DNA of 16,416 nucleotides from Sandaracinaceae bacterium (GTDB taxonomy: Bacteria; Myxococcota_A; Polyangia; Polyangiales; Sandaracinaceae): assembly GCA_044220955.1 (NCBI GenBank), contig JBGAQA010000129.1, forward strand, positions 1-16,416. Direction: 5' to 3'. Position 1 is the first letter of the stretch. Each line of letters begins with the position of its first letter. Positions 16,246 to 16,416 of this stretch are shown piece by piece. The position numbers and the translations under genes were made by a program. Under the pieces are notes generated by a model, which was given only the letters and a program-made list of their open reading frames with translations, had not been told where the DNA came from and made no database searches.

Positions 16246-16416
16246 GTAGCCCGCCGCTCAGCGCGTCACGACCGTGCGCGCCCGCCTCGTTCACGCGACG
16301 GAGGGCGCGTTCGTCTCGGCCGTCAAGCGATCCCGAATCGGGTGCAGATCCCGTTCTCCGTCGGTGGTCACGCGACCTCGGCGAGAGGGTTGGGTTGAGC
16401 GTCGTGCGTGCGCGTC

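Noticed and set aside
1..16416. CRISPR array, tRNA or rRNA genes
   Set aside because: No regularly spaced repeats, cloverleaf/T-loop signature or rRNA motifs were seen by eye.
16250..16416. IS21 right terminal inverted repeat
   Set aside because: No convincing repeated terminal motif or partner end is identifiable within the window.

Overview
Very GC-rich bacterial window, most likely from a myxobacterium (Myxococcota). This is inferred from a MYXO-CTERM-tailed protease, several lipoproteins and sigma54-type regulation. Left half (1-8426): an ORF open at the window edge whose C-terminal ~290 aa are a degenerate FlhB/SctU lacking the NPTH cleavage motif, then priA, a shortened PLP-aminotransferase-like ORF, a LysE exporter, a DJ-1/PfpI protein and a vapBC toxin-antitoxin pair, converging on speA and yajQ. 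Right half is accessory: a beta-propeller-like protein, a ~230-nt highly base-paired intergenic element (candidate ncRNA) and a lipoprotein. Next is a four-gene envelope operon (Cys-rich PLA2-motif lipoprotein, Pro-rich membrane protein, NTF2-like lipoprotein, S1 protease with MYXO-CTERM) behind a sigma54 promoter with enhancer boxes and an IHF-like site. The window ends with a DUF2809-like gene, a RimJ-like GNAT and decayed remnants (APH-kinase fragment, IS21 istB). All family calls come from motif recognition by eye; no database searches were run.
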